Source of the DNA: Chrysomallon squamiferum
Taxonomy: Eukaryota; Animalia; Mollusca
Direction of reading: 5' to 3'
Assembly (NCBI GenBank): GCA_012295275.1
Contig: CM022665.1
Location: forward strand, 41,106,001 to 41,170,000
DNA length: 64,000 bases
In this document: positions 41,901 through 55,725 of the stretch, in pieces
Position numbering within the stretch: position 1 is the first letter of the stretch
Layout: each line of letters begins with the position of its first letter
The notes under the pieces: generated by a model
What the model saw: only the letters and a program-made list of their open reading frames with translations
Databases searched by the model: none
Told to the model about the DNA's origin: nothing
Program-made: the position numbers and the translations under genes

Positions 41901-44900
41901 ACAGGACAGCATGGTTTCTTTCTATTTGGTTTTTTTTTTTTTTTTTTTTTTTTTTTGTCTCTAAGAATGTAAGAATTTCAACAACATATTCAGACTGAAT
42001 TTTTTTATTTCATGGTTTGTTTCTTGTTTTTGTTTACAGATTCTTTGTTTCACTGTAATAAATACAAACATAAAGTATTCCTGGTGACAAGTAACTGGAA
42101 CTGTGATTCACTAAATAAGTCATTTGACAGTTTCATTTCTCAAAGTGACAGTTTTGTTTAAGTTCAGATCATTGTGGGGTGAAAAAATTAAGAAAAATAA
42201 CATACAATATAAAATGTTTTTAAAATGTCAGTATCCCACAAAATTAAGAGACCTTCATTATTTGTTTTTATAATTTTAAAAATTTACTTTATATAAATGC
42301 ATTCCAAGTTAAATATTTTATTTGCTGTTTCATGAAATACATCATCCTGTCTGGTGAAAGAATCAGACACTGTGGTGTACATTGGTTTTCTTAACTCCAT
42401 TCTTACATGCATTTGTTTGCTCATAAAAGAATCTACTGCATGAATTCCTTTTAAAGTTACCTTTGCATGGCTGTATATTCATAAATATATATTCATTTTT
42501 ATTACAATAAAACATTAATATTTGTAAATATCCATAAATATACTTTCACTGGCATTATAATAATTTCAAAAGTGAAAATACTGGGTGTTCTTATCAAAGG
42601 TTTGTAACTTGTTTTTAAATGGCATTTATCTTTAGTAAATGGAAGTTGTAAATCCATAAACTTAATTCATGATGAACTAACCTGTACAGATTTCTTAGAT
42701 ATCTTACCCCTTAAAGATAAAATGTAATTTGAGTAACATCTATTTCCTGTATGACTCTCTTTCATTGTCAGAACTGTATGCCTCCAAGCAATTTAAAAAA
42801 GATAGAAAATTTTATGTTATTTTTCACTTTTGTTTGTTTATTATAATAAGCTTTGTTGCAGATTATTCTAAATCTGTCTTTAATAATAAAGCTTGTCACT
42901 AACATAGCAGATTATTAGCAAAGATTAGTATGAATTACCAGTAAAATAATCATCTAAAAGATGCAAAAATAATAAATTTGAACTTCACCTCTACTTTAAA
43001 TTTATGGTATTGGTATATTTTTGTAAGTTGGATTGGATATTTAAAATAATTCTGTTCTTATTATTTTTTTTTTTTTTATGTAGATAGCATGAATTTGTAC
43101 ACTTTTCTGGTGATGGTTAAAATCTATTTTTAAATTTAATATTAAGATAATTAACATTTTAATAATTATTAGTTGTGTGAACTTTTCTTTCAATGAAAAT
43201 ACATCGGTTATTTTTAATATATATATATTTTTTTTTTAAATCATAAAGTGATAAGCTAATATGTACTAAAAATACAGATCATTACATTATTATTGGTCTC
43301 TATTTCCTTGGTTTATAACCAGTAATTTATGTACATGTATAGCTTCTTTTTATCATTTTCGATTTTTATTGTTTTTTTAATTACAAGATGCAAGAGATGT
43401 TCAGAAGAAGTAAAAAAATCATGCATGTAACATCAATGCAAAATAAAAACTCATTTTGATTTTAGTTTTTCCATTACTTAGAAGGTTAGTCAAGTTTAAA
43501 GTCCAAACATAATTTCTGTAAGTGTTTGTGATTAATCACTGAGACAATCTCTGATAACTACAGTGCAAACTTATGTTATATTTTTCTGGGACATCACATA
43601 ATTTTTTTTTTTTTTTAATTTAAAATAAAATTGTTTTTATCCTGTTTTGTGTATAATTTATTTTAAGTAATGTTTTATTTTACATTCTAATTATTTTCAG
43701 ATATTTTGTGTTTAGAAATTTAATGCATGGCTTCAGTTTACAGAATTAGCACATTTTTTTTTTTAATCATTATTAATTTAATTTTTAATTTTTATTTATT
43801 TATTAATTATTATTGTTATTATTATTATTATTATTTCATTATTCCTGTTATTAAAAAAAAAAAAAAAAAAAAAAAACGATGTTAAAATTCACAAGCATAT
43901 TAAAGCAGTTCTGACAATTAATTCTTAATGCTATTTTTCAGGAACCCACATTCAAATTGTTTTTTTTAAATATTTACCTTATTTTATTACGTATGTATTA
44001 AAAGGGAGATTTGCTCAATGTTTGATGGGGTAAAAAAGCCATAAAAAAGTCAAATAATCCCATACTCTGCAAAATTATACATCTTTTATTTTTTGGGCTG
44101 TTTTAATTTTTAATTTAAAAAAAGTACTCAGTAACATGAAAATATTATGTTGATCTATTTGTATGTGTGTGTATGTCTGTGGTGGTTGGATGTAGGTATT
44201 ATTATTATATTAATGTTACATGCTTACTAAATTGGTGTATCTGTTAATGTATGTATGAGGTGTCAGTATTTGATAAATTGTTTATACTGCCTTGTATTTA
44301 TGTATATTCAGATTGTTATGTTATTTTAACAGAATAGCACAAAATTATGCAAATACATTTTGATCATTTTTTAAAATACATAATTGTTGGTTTTGTTTTT
44401 ATTTCTTAATTAGTGTGCTTATCCTCAGAAATAAAATAATTATAAAAACAAAACAAAAAGACATTATTTAAAACAAATTTTATTAAATGACAATGAAGTT
44501 TGTATGCACATATAAAAGATGATATAAAATGCAATAAATATCAAATTTGGTCAAATAGTAATATAATTTTATTCCAAAATAAAAAAATAAAAAAATAAAT
44601 TGTATTATAATATATAATAATTTTAAAAACACCCCAAAGTATGGGAATTAAAACAAATTTCTTTAAAGTATACCTTTAACAAAATCCGATAGGACATGAC
44701 AAATGGTAGCTGATAATGCTGACAACATGTCATGGATTACATTTCTCAAACAAGTATTAAACATGATTTAGTTTAATGCTATGTAATTATTATGGATGTC
44801 TTTCAGATTAAAATGACTCCTTCTGCATAAAATAATCTAATATTATTGTGTTTTAAAAAAAAAAAAAAAATGTAAACTTAAAAATCTTGCTCTTAAAATC

Positions 44901-46031
44901 TCACTGATCTACAGATAAGTTTAATACTTCCTTCATTGCCGATAATCATGATGATTATAAAGTTTCTATGATTATAACCTGGATATCATACTATTGCTCA
45001 TTGAAACATAACTTTAAATTTGCATTTTACTGCTTATTGAACACACTGTTATAAAACACACACAAACAAAAATATTGACAGCCTACGGTTATCTTCTTTT
45101 CCACATAGATTAGGTAGAAATTTAATATATATTTAATTCTAAAGAAAAAAAAAAAAAAGATTTAACACTGTTTAAATACTGGATGGCAACCTGGATATAT
45201 TTTACTTGATTGTGATTCACCTATTATAATTATAATTCTAAATTTAATGCATACATATTACTGAGAAACTGTTTAATGCAAAGTGTCAGGAACTACAACT
45301 CATTATCAAAATCATTTCATATGTTTTTTTTTTTTTTTTTAAATTTTTTAAATATAATTTAAAACTGAATAAAATACTTCACTTGTAAAATAATATAATT
45401 TATTAAGAATAATCTTATAATGCAGCCTTTAATGAAAAAGATTAATAATATTTATATATGAATATCAGATTTTTATACAGTAAATTTTTTAAAAGTATCC
45501 CTTTACAATTAATATCCTGGTATAGGTTCATATCTTAAATAAAAAAAATATTAAAATTAAAAAAACAACTTTTTGATACTGATTTCCATTGCACAGATAA
45601 TCTGTATTTTGGTAATGAATAATTTAACCCTCCCATAAATATATTACTGAAAAGATTTTAACAGTTTAAACTTGTAATTGCAGTGCAGTGTATTATGGGA
45701 AAATTACTGTAAATTTGGGTTTTAAAATCAATAACTGAAATAAATTATTTCATTGTAAAATAATACAATATATTCTGCTTAAGTATTATGATTTTATTTT
45801 CATTCTTAATTTAAAATATGTATACCAGCATTTTTGTAGAATTAATCTTTCAATTTTTTAACAAATATTTTATATGTAACTTTTAATATAAAAGTACTGT
45901 ATTGGTTTTATGTTCACATATTTAGCCTTTAAAACCAAACCAATCCAACAAAACAAGTAGATAACATTTTTGACTAGATTTTGCTTAAAAGAAGTCATGA
46001 AGATAAGAACAGAGGCACATCTGTAAACAAT

Positions 46032-49000
46032 TTAGGTTTCAACTTCCACAGTTTCCTGAAACTTTATGTATGCTGTGGATCCTCGCATATCAAAATGGAG
46101 ATACCTGAAGAGAAAAGTGTATTTTCCATACAATTAATAATGGAAACAAATGCATGCATATGTCTGTCTGTCTCCTTCCCTCCCACCACAAATGCCTTCA
46201 AAAAGTTAAAATAAAATAATAATTTTTAATATATTTCCAAATTTAAAAATAAAACGAACAAAAAAAAATCACAATAAGTACAGATTTACAAATAACAGAA
46301 AGCAATTTCAATCCATGTATAACACACACACACACACACGCACACACTTTCTAATGTAATTATTATAACATGATATTTGTTAATTAGTATCTAATAACTT
46401 GCTGAAAATATGAATAAAAGCACTGACATGCATAACAAAATAAACTAGGTCTTTATTTATGAGATTGTAACACAAGGAATAATTTTTGAAATTTACAACT
46501 GGATATGAAAACAAAAAATACTAAACATAAAGGCTTCTTTAAGTGATGACGATGATCAAAACTTACAACAAAATGCTGAATCCAATAACAGTAATTCCAG
46601 CAGCAATGAGGAAACAGAAACCAGGCATAATGTGAAGAGTGGCTGGGTACAGCTCATTAAACATAATGGAGGCGAGAAGAGAAGCTACATTCTCAGCAAC
46701 AGCTACAATACTGAACAGTCGACCTGAAAACAGAAATTATTTAGTAAAGTTCTTTATTTCATGTTACACAATAATCACATTTGTCCACAAATCTTCAATG
46801 TGATGTTAGTTTTCATGCTTAGGGTTTTTTTTTTTTTTTTTTTGTGAAACCTTTATTCAAACTTATTTTAAAAAACTGTTAACAAACCTTTAGGAGTCTT
46901 CTAGATTGTTTCAAGTCCTTTTTACTCTATACATTTCGTAATGAGTGCAAACACATACATGCACAATCAAAATTTCTGTCAGTAAAAAAAAAAAAACAGA
47001 TCAGGATAGTACACCATTAATTTTAACTGCCAAATCTATTGTCCATTTATGTACCTAATTAATTCACTGTAGTTTTATAATTATTATCATCTCTGCTTGC
47101 CTGTGTTATATAAATATTAAGTTTGAAGTTTAATTCTGATATATTCCTCCTATGGCAGAATTTTCACAAATACTTGGTTGCAGTAGCAAGCAAAAGATCA
47201 AGGCTTCAAAAAATAATTTTATGTGATATAATATATATTTAAAATTATTATTATATTTTGTATTTTGACTTTGACTGTGTAAAATTTAGTAAGTAGTATT
47301 TTTGTTTGTTGTCGATGGATACCTTGTTCATTCTTGTCCACCATACTTGAAAGCAGTGAACGGGTGCCTGAAGCTGGGAAGCCTTGAAACATGGACAACA
47401 GTACAACTGGAAATAAATAAATAAACTTTAACACAGGTTTTATATTTAAATATTATATCATATTCTGTACTTCTATTCTGAATTTAGCATCCAAATAATA
47501 ACAACCACTATCAACAGCCCCCACCCAAAACAACAAAATTTAAAAAATAAATGAATAAAATATGAAGAAGATTAAGATGACTGAAAAAAAACCTAAAGTC
47601 CAGTTTTCATTTTTTTTCAAATCAAGAAGATCTTTTTACAAATTTAGTTAGGTATATGTCAGTAGAGAAACTGGTGGAGGCTTTTAATTGTAAATCTGCT
47701 GCAAGTAATTTAATTTTATCTAAAATCAACATAAATAATATATAACAAATAGTTTACACTAAAAAAAGTCATACTGAATTGATAAATATTTTAAATAAGA
47801 AAACCCTGCCACTAAAATCTACATATTTGGAAAGTGGAAGGAAATAATATTAGAAATATCTTTTTAAAAATGTTTAATACAAAAATAATAACAAAATAAA
47901 TTAAAATATATATAATAGTTAAAATAATAATAATAATAAATAAATAAATAAAAGTAAATAATTTTTAAAAAAGAAAAAAATTATAATATAAAATTATACT
48001 GATGCAAAATGACATGTGACATTAATCCATTAATAATTACTTACCAATAAAAACCATCCAAGTTTTGGTTGCCACACCAATCACAATGAGGGCAATGGTT
48101 TTGGAAATCATCCCACCCAAGGCCACTGTTGTGTCCCTCAGATAAAACTTTTGTTTTAAAAGAGGTAACAATGTCAGAAGAAGAAGACATCTAGAAAAAT
48201 TTTCAAGTCCTTTGTAATAACCATACATTGTCTGAGACCAACTTAGAGGTGTCTTCTTTGTGTACAAATATAAAATATCCAGTTCACCTAAAAAAAAAAA
48301 AAAATATTATAATAATAAATAATTAAAAAGAAAAGAAAAAGGAAAGGAAAGAAGGAAAAAAATGTGATAATTAAGAGGTAAAAAAAAACAAAACAAAAAA
48401 AAACCTGCCTATTTGTATGGAAGAAATCAATTAAATATTCTTAATGTTTTTTAATTTTTTTTTAGCCTATCTATAGTATATAAAATGTAGTTGGTATTTA
48501 TTGGACCATGCCACTATAATACATCAATTTTTTTTTACCAAATCAAAAATATCACATCTTGGAGTACATCTAATGTACTGGCATTAAACAATCATTGATA
48601 AAAAAAAACCCATCTATCATTGAGAAGCTGTCACAGATGAAATACAATTGCATGGACAAATACTTGACTTCTCAATGGCCCTGTCAAAAACAAGGACAAG
48701 ACTGTAGCCATCATAATCATTCATTCTGAAATCAAACCAAAGACTACAAATGAAAGAATCTTGACATCAATGTTTCAAACTGGCTGACTGACTGACAAAT
48801 TTGCCATTTTATGAATTGTGATCTATTTGAAAAAAAAAAAAAAAAAAAAAAAAAAAAACAAGGGGAATTCATACAATTCATCCATTCCAATTACAATCAC
48901 TGGGTTATTATATCTGATGTAGCTGAATACCCCACTGCAACAAAATATTTATGAAGAAAATCTAATAAATCTTAAAATGATCCTGGTGAATGTGCAAATT

Positions 49001-52000
49001 GTCCTGGTGAATGTTACATCTGTGGGCACTATGATATTACCTTTGACAAATCACTGACATCTGGTGAAAACTCAGTGATCTTTATTACAGTGACATTCAG
49101 AGAGAGTTGAAAAACACATTCACTTGTAATCATACTGATATCTTCTCTTCAGAATGTCAATTGAGAATACCTCTGCATATTAGTGAACATGAAATTGAAA
49201 TTTACTGATATTAGTGAGAACATGGAAGATGATATAAGAATGGCTGAAAGTGAGAAGTGCTTTCAGTGGTATCACTATTGGTGTGTTAAACTTGTGGAAA
49301 CAACAGATTAAAAGATTATTTATGCAGTATGTCATATGCATCATTAGTATCGTCTTGGGTGTATTTCTGTAGCTACAGGCTTTTTTGATCAGTGTGAACC
49401 TGAATATAATTTTGTATTTGGATTCATTTGGATTTTTCAATATATAATGGCCCATGAACTGATTACAAATATGTTTAAAATTCACTGACAGTATCACAGG
49501 ATGTAATTAAAAAAAGGACAAAGTTAATTTTAAAACCCAAAAATATATAAAATTAACATGTCATAAGTCATAAGTATTAAATTTAATGTTTTAAAAGCTG
49601 ATAGGGTGGAAACTAAGCAAATGTGTTCTAAAAATAGCTCATTAGACCATTAATTATTATTGTAGTGTAAATTAATAGCATACATTAGCTCATTATAATG
49701 TAAATTAATTAAAATTTATAACAACAAAATACATGTTGGTTAAAGATACAAAATAACAATAACATAACTGATACATCTGGTTTATTGTTAATAATAACAA
49801 TGTTAAAACAATGTATTTGTACAAATGAGATAACCCTTAAAAAAAACTGTTCTAAATATATCTCATTTATCTACCAGTCTGTAATACCTCTGCACCTTCC
49901 CCCAGTTTCAGGGGTTAACCCAAATGGAATGCAATGAAAAGGCTTTGACCCTGGAAGAACCACTTTTTTTTTTTTCTTCAAATAATATTCATTGTAAGGT
50001 AACTATTTATAGTTAAACCAGTGTTCTGTGTTATTATGTAAAATACTTCATTTACACTTTGTGGAATGTAGTTATATGATTTATCATGTGGCACTGTAAC
50101 CTTTTGTAAAAATGTTATATATTCTGATGCACACTTTAACAGAAATTGTCATTTATAATACTCTAGAGTTCTATAAAATCACAATTAACGCAGAAATCTT
50201 ATCTTTACAAGTTTCATTATGTATGTCACATGACATACACACATTAAATTTTTGACATTTATGTTTGTATTTTTATTCTGTTATTACTATTTTTATACTT
50301 CAGTGACATTTAGATATACTTATACTTGGTAATAGTGTACTTTTTTCTTCAAAAATATTTGTAGTAACTAAGAAATAATGTATTGCTAGCTGTTTTCTTA
50401 TGTCACTATGTGTTATGTCATTTTCTAATAGTTGCCTTTTGGAATCTTGAACAAACAAGAATCTTCCACAGCTGGAATGGCTGAAATCATGGAAAATTAC
50501 AACAGAAGATGTATATAGCAAACCTCTTAGCATACTCTGAAGGTCTGAATGTGAAGAATGGTAATAAACTGGAAGTTTGATATGACTGATTTTTACAGCA
50601 AACGCCATCCCTAATATTTTTATTTAGAGGCCAGTTTAGTTGGAGCTACTTAAGAAAGAATTAGGCAAATCTCTTAGTATAGTGTTTTATTGTGACAGTC
50701 TGAGTTAAGAAAGAATTGATACTCGACTTTATGCAATAAATGGGTAGAATGAGTGGACATGTCCTGACATGCATTAGACTGGTATTCAAGAGTCACACAA
50801 GGAACTGATATAATGTACAGGTATTACGTGTGTTTTTATCTACACCTAATAAAACATATAATATTATATCAAATTTCAGATTTTAAAATGTCTAAATCAT
50901 TATTTGTTATCTGAAATTATGCTTATCTTTACATGTATACACTCATTCATGACAGTGACGTTCTTGAACTTACACTGAAATATTTTTTCATTCCAGGATA
51001 CTTCTGATGAGTTTTTCAACTTTGAAAGCCACAGATGAAAGAAACATTGTATAATTTAAAACAGGTTTTCGATCACACTGGTGTATCAAACAATATTATG
51101 GAATGTTTCGACAAAGCTGAAGAATAATATTTATTATATTTTCAACTGGAGTTTTGACACTTCTCAGCTTTATGGTGCTTAATAAAATGGTGGACATTTT
51201 CTTTAACACACGTGATCTGCCAGATTCCAAAGAAGGAAAACAACCTTGTATGGATAAAGCAGCTGTGAAGATTGCTGTTTTCTTCACTGAATTTCAATGG
51301 TGTACTTACTCCATGTTGCAACTGATATGGAACCAGATGCTGGAATGTACTCTGTGTGTCTGGCAGACTCACAAACAGCAATGGCCTATTGTAATCATTT
51401 ATTATGCACTTTTGGATCATGGTTCCATTTAGAGTGTTTAGATATAGATAAAGATGATGTCCTGGAAGAGGACTGGCTCTGACCTGAAGATTGCAAAATA
51501 GAGAATGAAGCAAGCAAAGGGAAGAACATTTTCTGGGTTTTTTTTTAACATCAAATGACTGCTTTGGCACTGCAGGACATGATGCTGTAATGGAAAATGA
51601 TGGGCCACAACTGATTTAAATAAAGTACAGGTATGTATATTTATAAAATGTTTCTACTTTCTAAAAAACAAGGATTCAATTTTCATATTTCAAAGTGTAT
51701 TAACTTTTCAGATTTCTTAAATTTTGTTTAAAACATGCATTTTAATATCAAACTTAAAATGGTGTATCAAAAAATATTTTATTTTAAAAATACAAATGAA
51801 CTTTTACCATCTAGAAGTATAATAAACAATACATTCTGAATATAACATGCATTTTAAAGATTTGTATATAGGTGACTGTTTTTCCTCACACATTGTACTG
51901 TTATGCTTCAATCTGTAGGTGACATTTGTTTAAAGGAGTATAAATGAGGAAGAAATACAGTGTGATATCTCTGACTAAATATGTTTGTTTTTGTTTTTTT

Positions 52001-53044
52001 TTTTTAAATGTGAGAGAAAGAGAGAGAATGAAAGATACTGATAAAGCAATTTGTAAACACATATACATAATAATAGTAATACATATATATATTACTATTC
52101 TGAAATAAAACAATTTTAATACTTTCCATCCAGCTATATGATAAAAAATATTTATTTACTATTTAATAAAAATACCTACCTGAGGTTCCAATCATCAGAA
52201 TCACCATGGTAACCACCAGCAGTACCACATACAGAACTCTTTTGTCTGTTCTTCCTTTCCTGACACACCTCCATGTCTCTAACAGCGAATCAGTTAACCA
52301 ATATTTTAAAATTCCCATTTCACCTCGGCCAGAATTCTCCACTTTCACGTTTTCCAGCCAGGAGACAGAGTAAAACAAAGCAACAAACAAAACACCACAG
52401 TTAAACGAGAAAACAAAAATAAAACTGGTATTTTCTAACATGATCCCTGACACGAGAACACCAAGAGTTCCAGCAAGGGAGGTCATCGCTTCCAAAACTG
52501 CAACTCTGACAGTCTTGTTGCCATCAGTGGCAATGTGTGTCACGTAACTGTAGACTGCCATCATAACACCAATATACCCACCACACAAACCATTCACAAA
52601 AATACCAATTAACAGAAAGTTGAGAGATGCCTCCATATAAATGGAGTTTATTAAATTGCTTAGTGTATAAACCAGACATCCAATAATGGGCAAGATGACT
52701 GGAAGTTTTCTACCTACTTTGTCACCTAAGGCACCAGTGAAAAAAAGAACAGTAAAACATGAAGGAACAGTTAAAGCAATGGTGGTCTTTAGAATCCAGA
52801 AGGACGTCTCTGATTGCAAATAGTCCTCTTCTGCCTTATGCTCCTTTTGGAAAGTTGCATTTTTTAATGCACTGCATAATGTCACATTGTATTTGTCAAT
52901 GCACACTTTGTGGTATATAAGAGCTTGGAGAATGGGAAAGGTCAGATATGAAACCAACATGTACAGGAATAATATTGGCTCCACTGTAATGATGTCGGTG
53001 TTGAATGAACACCTTCCTATTTTAATAGTGTAGTGAACAGCCAT
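46032..53044 (-). CDS. SLC46 family MFS transporter (PCFT/SLC46A1- or SLC46A3-like)
   Basis: Exons 53044-52180, 48287-48045, 47406-47323, 46723-46567, 46104-46032. Motifs ITVEPILFLY, GALGDKVGRKLPVILPIIG, GELDILYLYTKKTPLSWS, RSLLSSMVDKNEQGRLFS, FNELYPATL..MPGFCF. Tail contains YIKF. Confidence 0.93.
48862..49180 (+). pseudogene. Decayed Ulp1/C48-like peptidase fragment (transposon cargo) in the SLC46 intron
   Basis: GEFIQFIHSNYNHWVIISD...VNVQ...CGHYDITFDKSLTSGEN resembles QILH..NHW / Q...DCG.FAIAFA..L..G of transposon-borne Ulp1-like proteases; frameshifted. Confidence 0.5.
50700..51630 (+). mobile_element. Decayed DNA-transposon gene with embedded PHD finger (DUF6589/Academ-like, tentative)
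   Basis: PHD remnant VCLADSQTAMAYCNHLLCTFGSWFHLECLDIDKDDVLEEDWL*PEDC, followed by GHDAVMENDGPQLI (51575-51616). Multiple stops; antisense to the host gene. Confidence 0.55.
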
Positions 53045-55725
53045 ATTGGTGTTTCTCAACTCAGATTAACAGTTTTGGAAATGATTTAATTATATCTGAA
53101 AAGAAGAAAGAACTACATTATAATTTTTAACTCCTGAAATTTCCATTATTACACAGTAATATTAAACATTATTTAAAATTTGTGCAGTTTTACTTTTAGA
53201 TAGGCAAAAATTCTTAACTGTAATTTGATTATTCATAAAGCAGAGATTTTACTTCACGTTTTATAAATAAAATTTTGAGACATAGTTTACTAGATTATTT
53301 TGCAACCACAGATATTTATATTAATATTCTGGATAAGATGACCAAATTTATTATATCTAAAATCAGCACCAACATGATCTATTTAAATAAACTATTTGAT
53401 TTTCTGACCTACTGTCTTAATCATTATTCTAAAAAAAAAATACCATATGAAAAAAATGCATTTATGTCTTAGTAATTTATGCTAGTTTTCATGTGAAGAT
53501 TATTTTCAAGATCAGTAAAATGTAATTATAAAATTGACCATGATAAATAATGAATGTTTTTGCTTTGTTTCTGTGCTATAACTAGTAAGGTTTTGTAGCA
53601 ATCTAGAAATAAAAATTCCTAAATGTAATGAAACAATTGTCATATGTAATGAATTACTCTCATAATTTGCCTTTACAAATATGATAATTTGTTAAAATAT
53701 AAACATATAAAATGAAAATGTATCAAGATGTGAATTTTCATAACGATAATGGCAATCAATCATAGGCTTTTTATTTTACTTTAATCATTATTGTATCTGA
53801 GTGCACTAAAATATATTTAACTTTAAGGTGCAAATATGTTTTATATTTTAAAAACCTCCATTTTTATTATATTATATATATATATATATATATTTAGTTG
53901 TTTTATATAAATAGTTAATGTAACAAATATCCTATCTCATACAATATGTCAAGCATATTTATTATAATAAAATACGGGATGAGGATTCACATATTCTAAA
54001 AAGCATTATTTCTGACTATATCATTTGCACGTGATAATGTAGCCTCTTATCTAGACTACGACTTGGTGTCCTGAAGTCATCATAAAATCCCCGATGTTCA
54101 AATAGGCCTATGCTAGTATGTAGTATGTAGAGTGTAGATCTAATTTTAGAACACACGGGTTATATCGTGTCAGTATCGAACTTCATCTTCGAAGTCAAGA
54201 CTATTTGCAAAAGATATGGTATAAATATTTTTCAGTGATACACTTCAAATCTCTTCGATAAATGTAAACGTTCAATTTGTACAACTGCAAAAAGATCGAC
54301 TGATTTCAAAGATAAAGTGGATACGCATTATGCAATTTCCGGCTTTTAGCACGCACCGCAGCATTGTTTGTTTTGAGATGTGTGGAGCGGCGCTTTGTTA
54401 TTGCAAAGTGGATTTTTTACTGCATGGGGTAGATCAAAATGCTCCCGTTTATTGTTAGAAAAGTACAGTCAGTCCGGCTCCAGTTGTACAGGGATGTTAT
54501 GGCTGCATTCAGATATTTTGTAATAGTATTCTTTTATTATTGTCTTTCTTATGAATCATCGTAGACAGCAACACCGCACGCCGTTATTTTAAAATAAATA
54601 TTTACAATCGTACAATATTTACAATGCCAGTGCTATTCTAATACTTGAATAAATAAAAACAAAAGTAACATATAAGCATTATCATTCACAAGAAATATTT
54701 ATTATAATATACATAGTATAACATAATATTAATATCTGATGAAGCAATTTCATACTTTTTACTTTAACAAATGTTAAAGTTAAAAAAACAACAAAAATAC
54801 GTGTATCATAACAAAATTATATGCTGGAATTTAATAAAAATTAATAATAAAAAAAAAAATATCAACATATTTGCATGAATGATAATTTGAAGGAGCAAGA
54901 TGGACAAGTTATTGATAGTTTCAAGATGTCACTTGGAAAATACATTAAATTATTTCTTTGATTTCAGTGATTCAGTAATAGAGTAATAATCCCTTAACTT
55001 GTCATTACTTTTCATTAAGTTACAGATTGTTTTAAATAAGATGAAGTAACAAAATTTTGTTTTATGGATAATCATCACATTTCTTCATTAAAAAAAAAAA
55101 AAAAAAAAAATCATTATTTTGAATGAACACTGAATTAAAAAGAACTCTGAAATATAATAAAAATGCTGGTAGCAATTATTTCATTTGATAAAAATTATAA
55201 TATATACTCAGACACACATGAATACAGATATATCTGTTTATATTTTAATGAATGCTGCTGTATAGAAATATACCAGTATTATTAAAAGAAACTGAGAGAA
55301 CAAACCTTCAGTTATCTTATTCTTGTTTCAATCAATTTCTGTAAAGCCTTTTCAGTGAGTTTTCATAAAAATCCTGGTCATTTATAAAATAATTTAAAAA
55401 TAAGAAAAAGAAAAGATTACATATTTTTATAATTCACTAATAAATCATTTGTAAATATCAATACAATCTGATCACTATTTGTACATGTCCAATTTAACTG
55501 AAACAGACTTGAAAATGTCAGCTATGTTTGTAAACACTTGATAAAAACTTTAATTTGTGACTGAAAAAAAAAAAAAAAAAGAAGCAAAACAAGAACAGTG
55601 TTATTATTCTTCTGTGTATGTCTAAGCACACTTTTCCTTCAAATGGTAATAAATAGCAGGCAGTTCCATTTCCATGTTTGGTACTTATTTAAAAACCAAG
55701 TCCTTTAAAGATAAGCAGACTTCTT

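Noticed and set aside
51142-51570. 142-aa minus-strand ORF
   Set aside because: Antisense to the decayed PHD/transposase remnant; no motifs.
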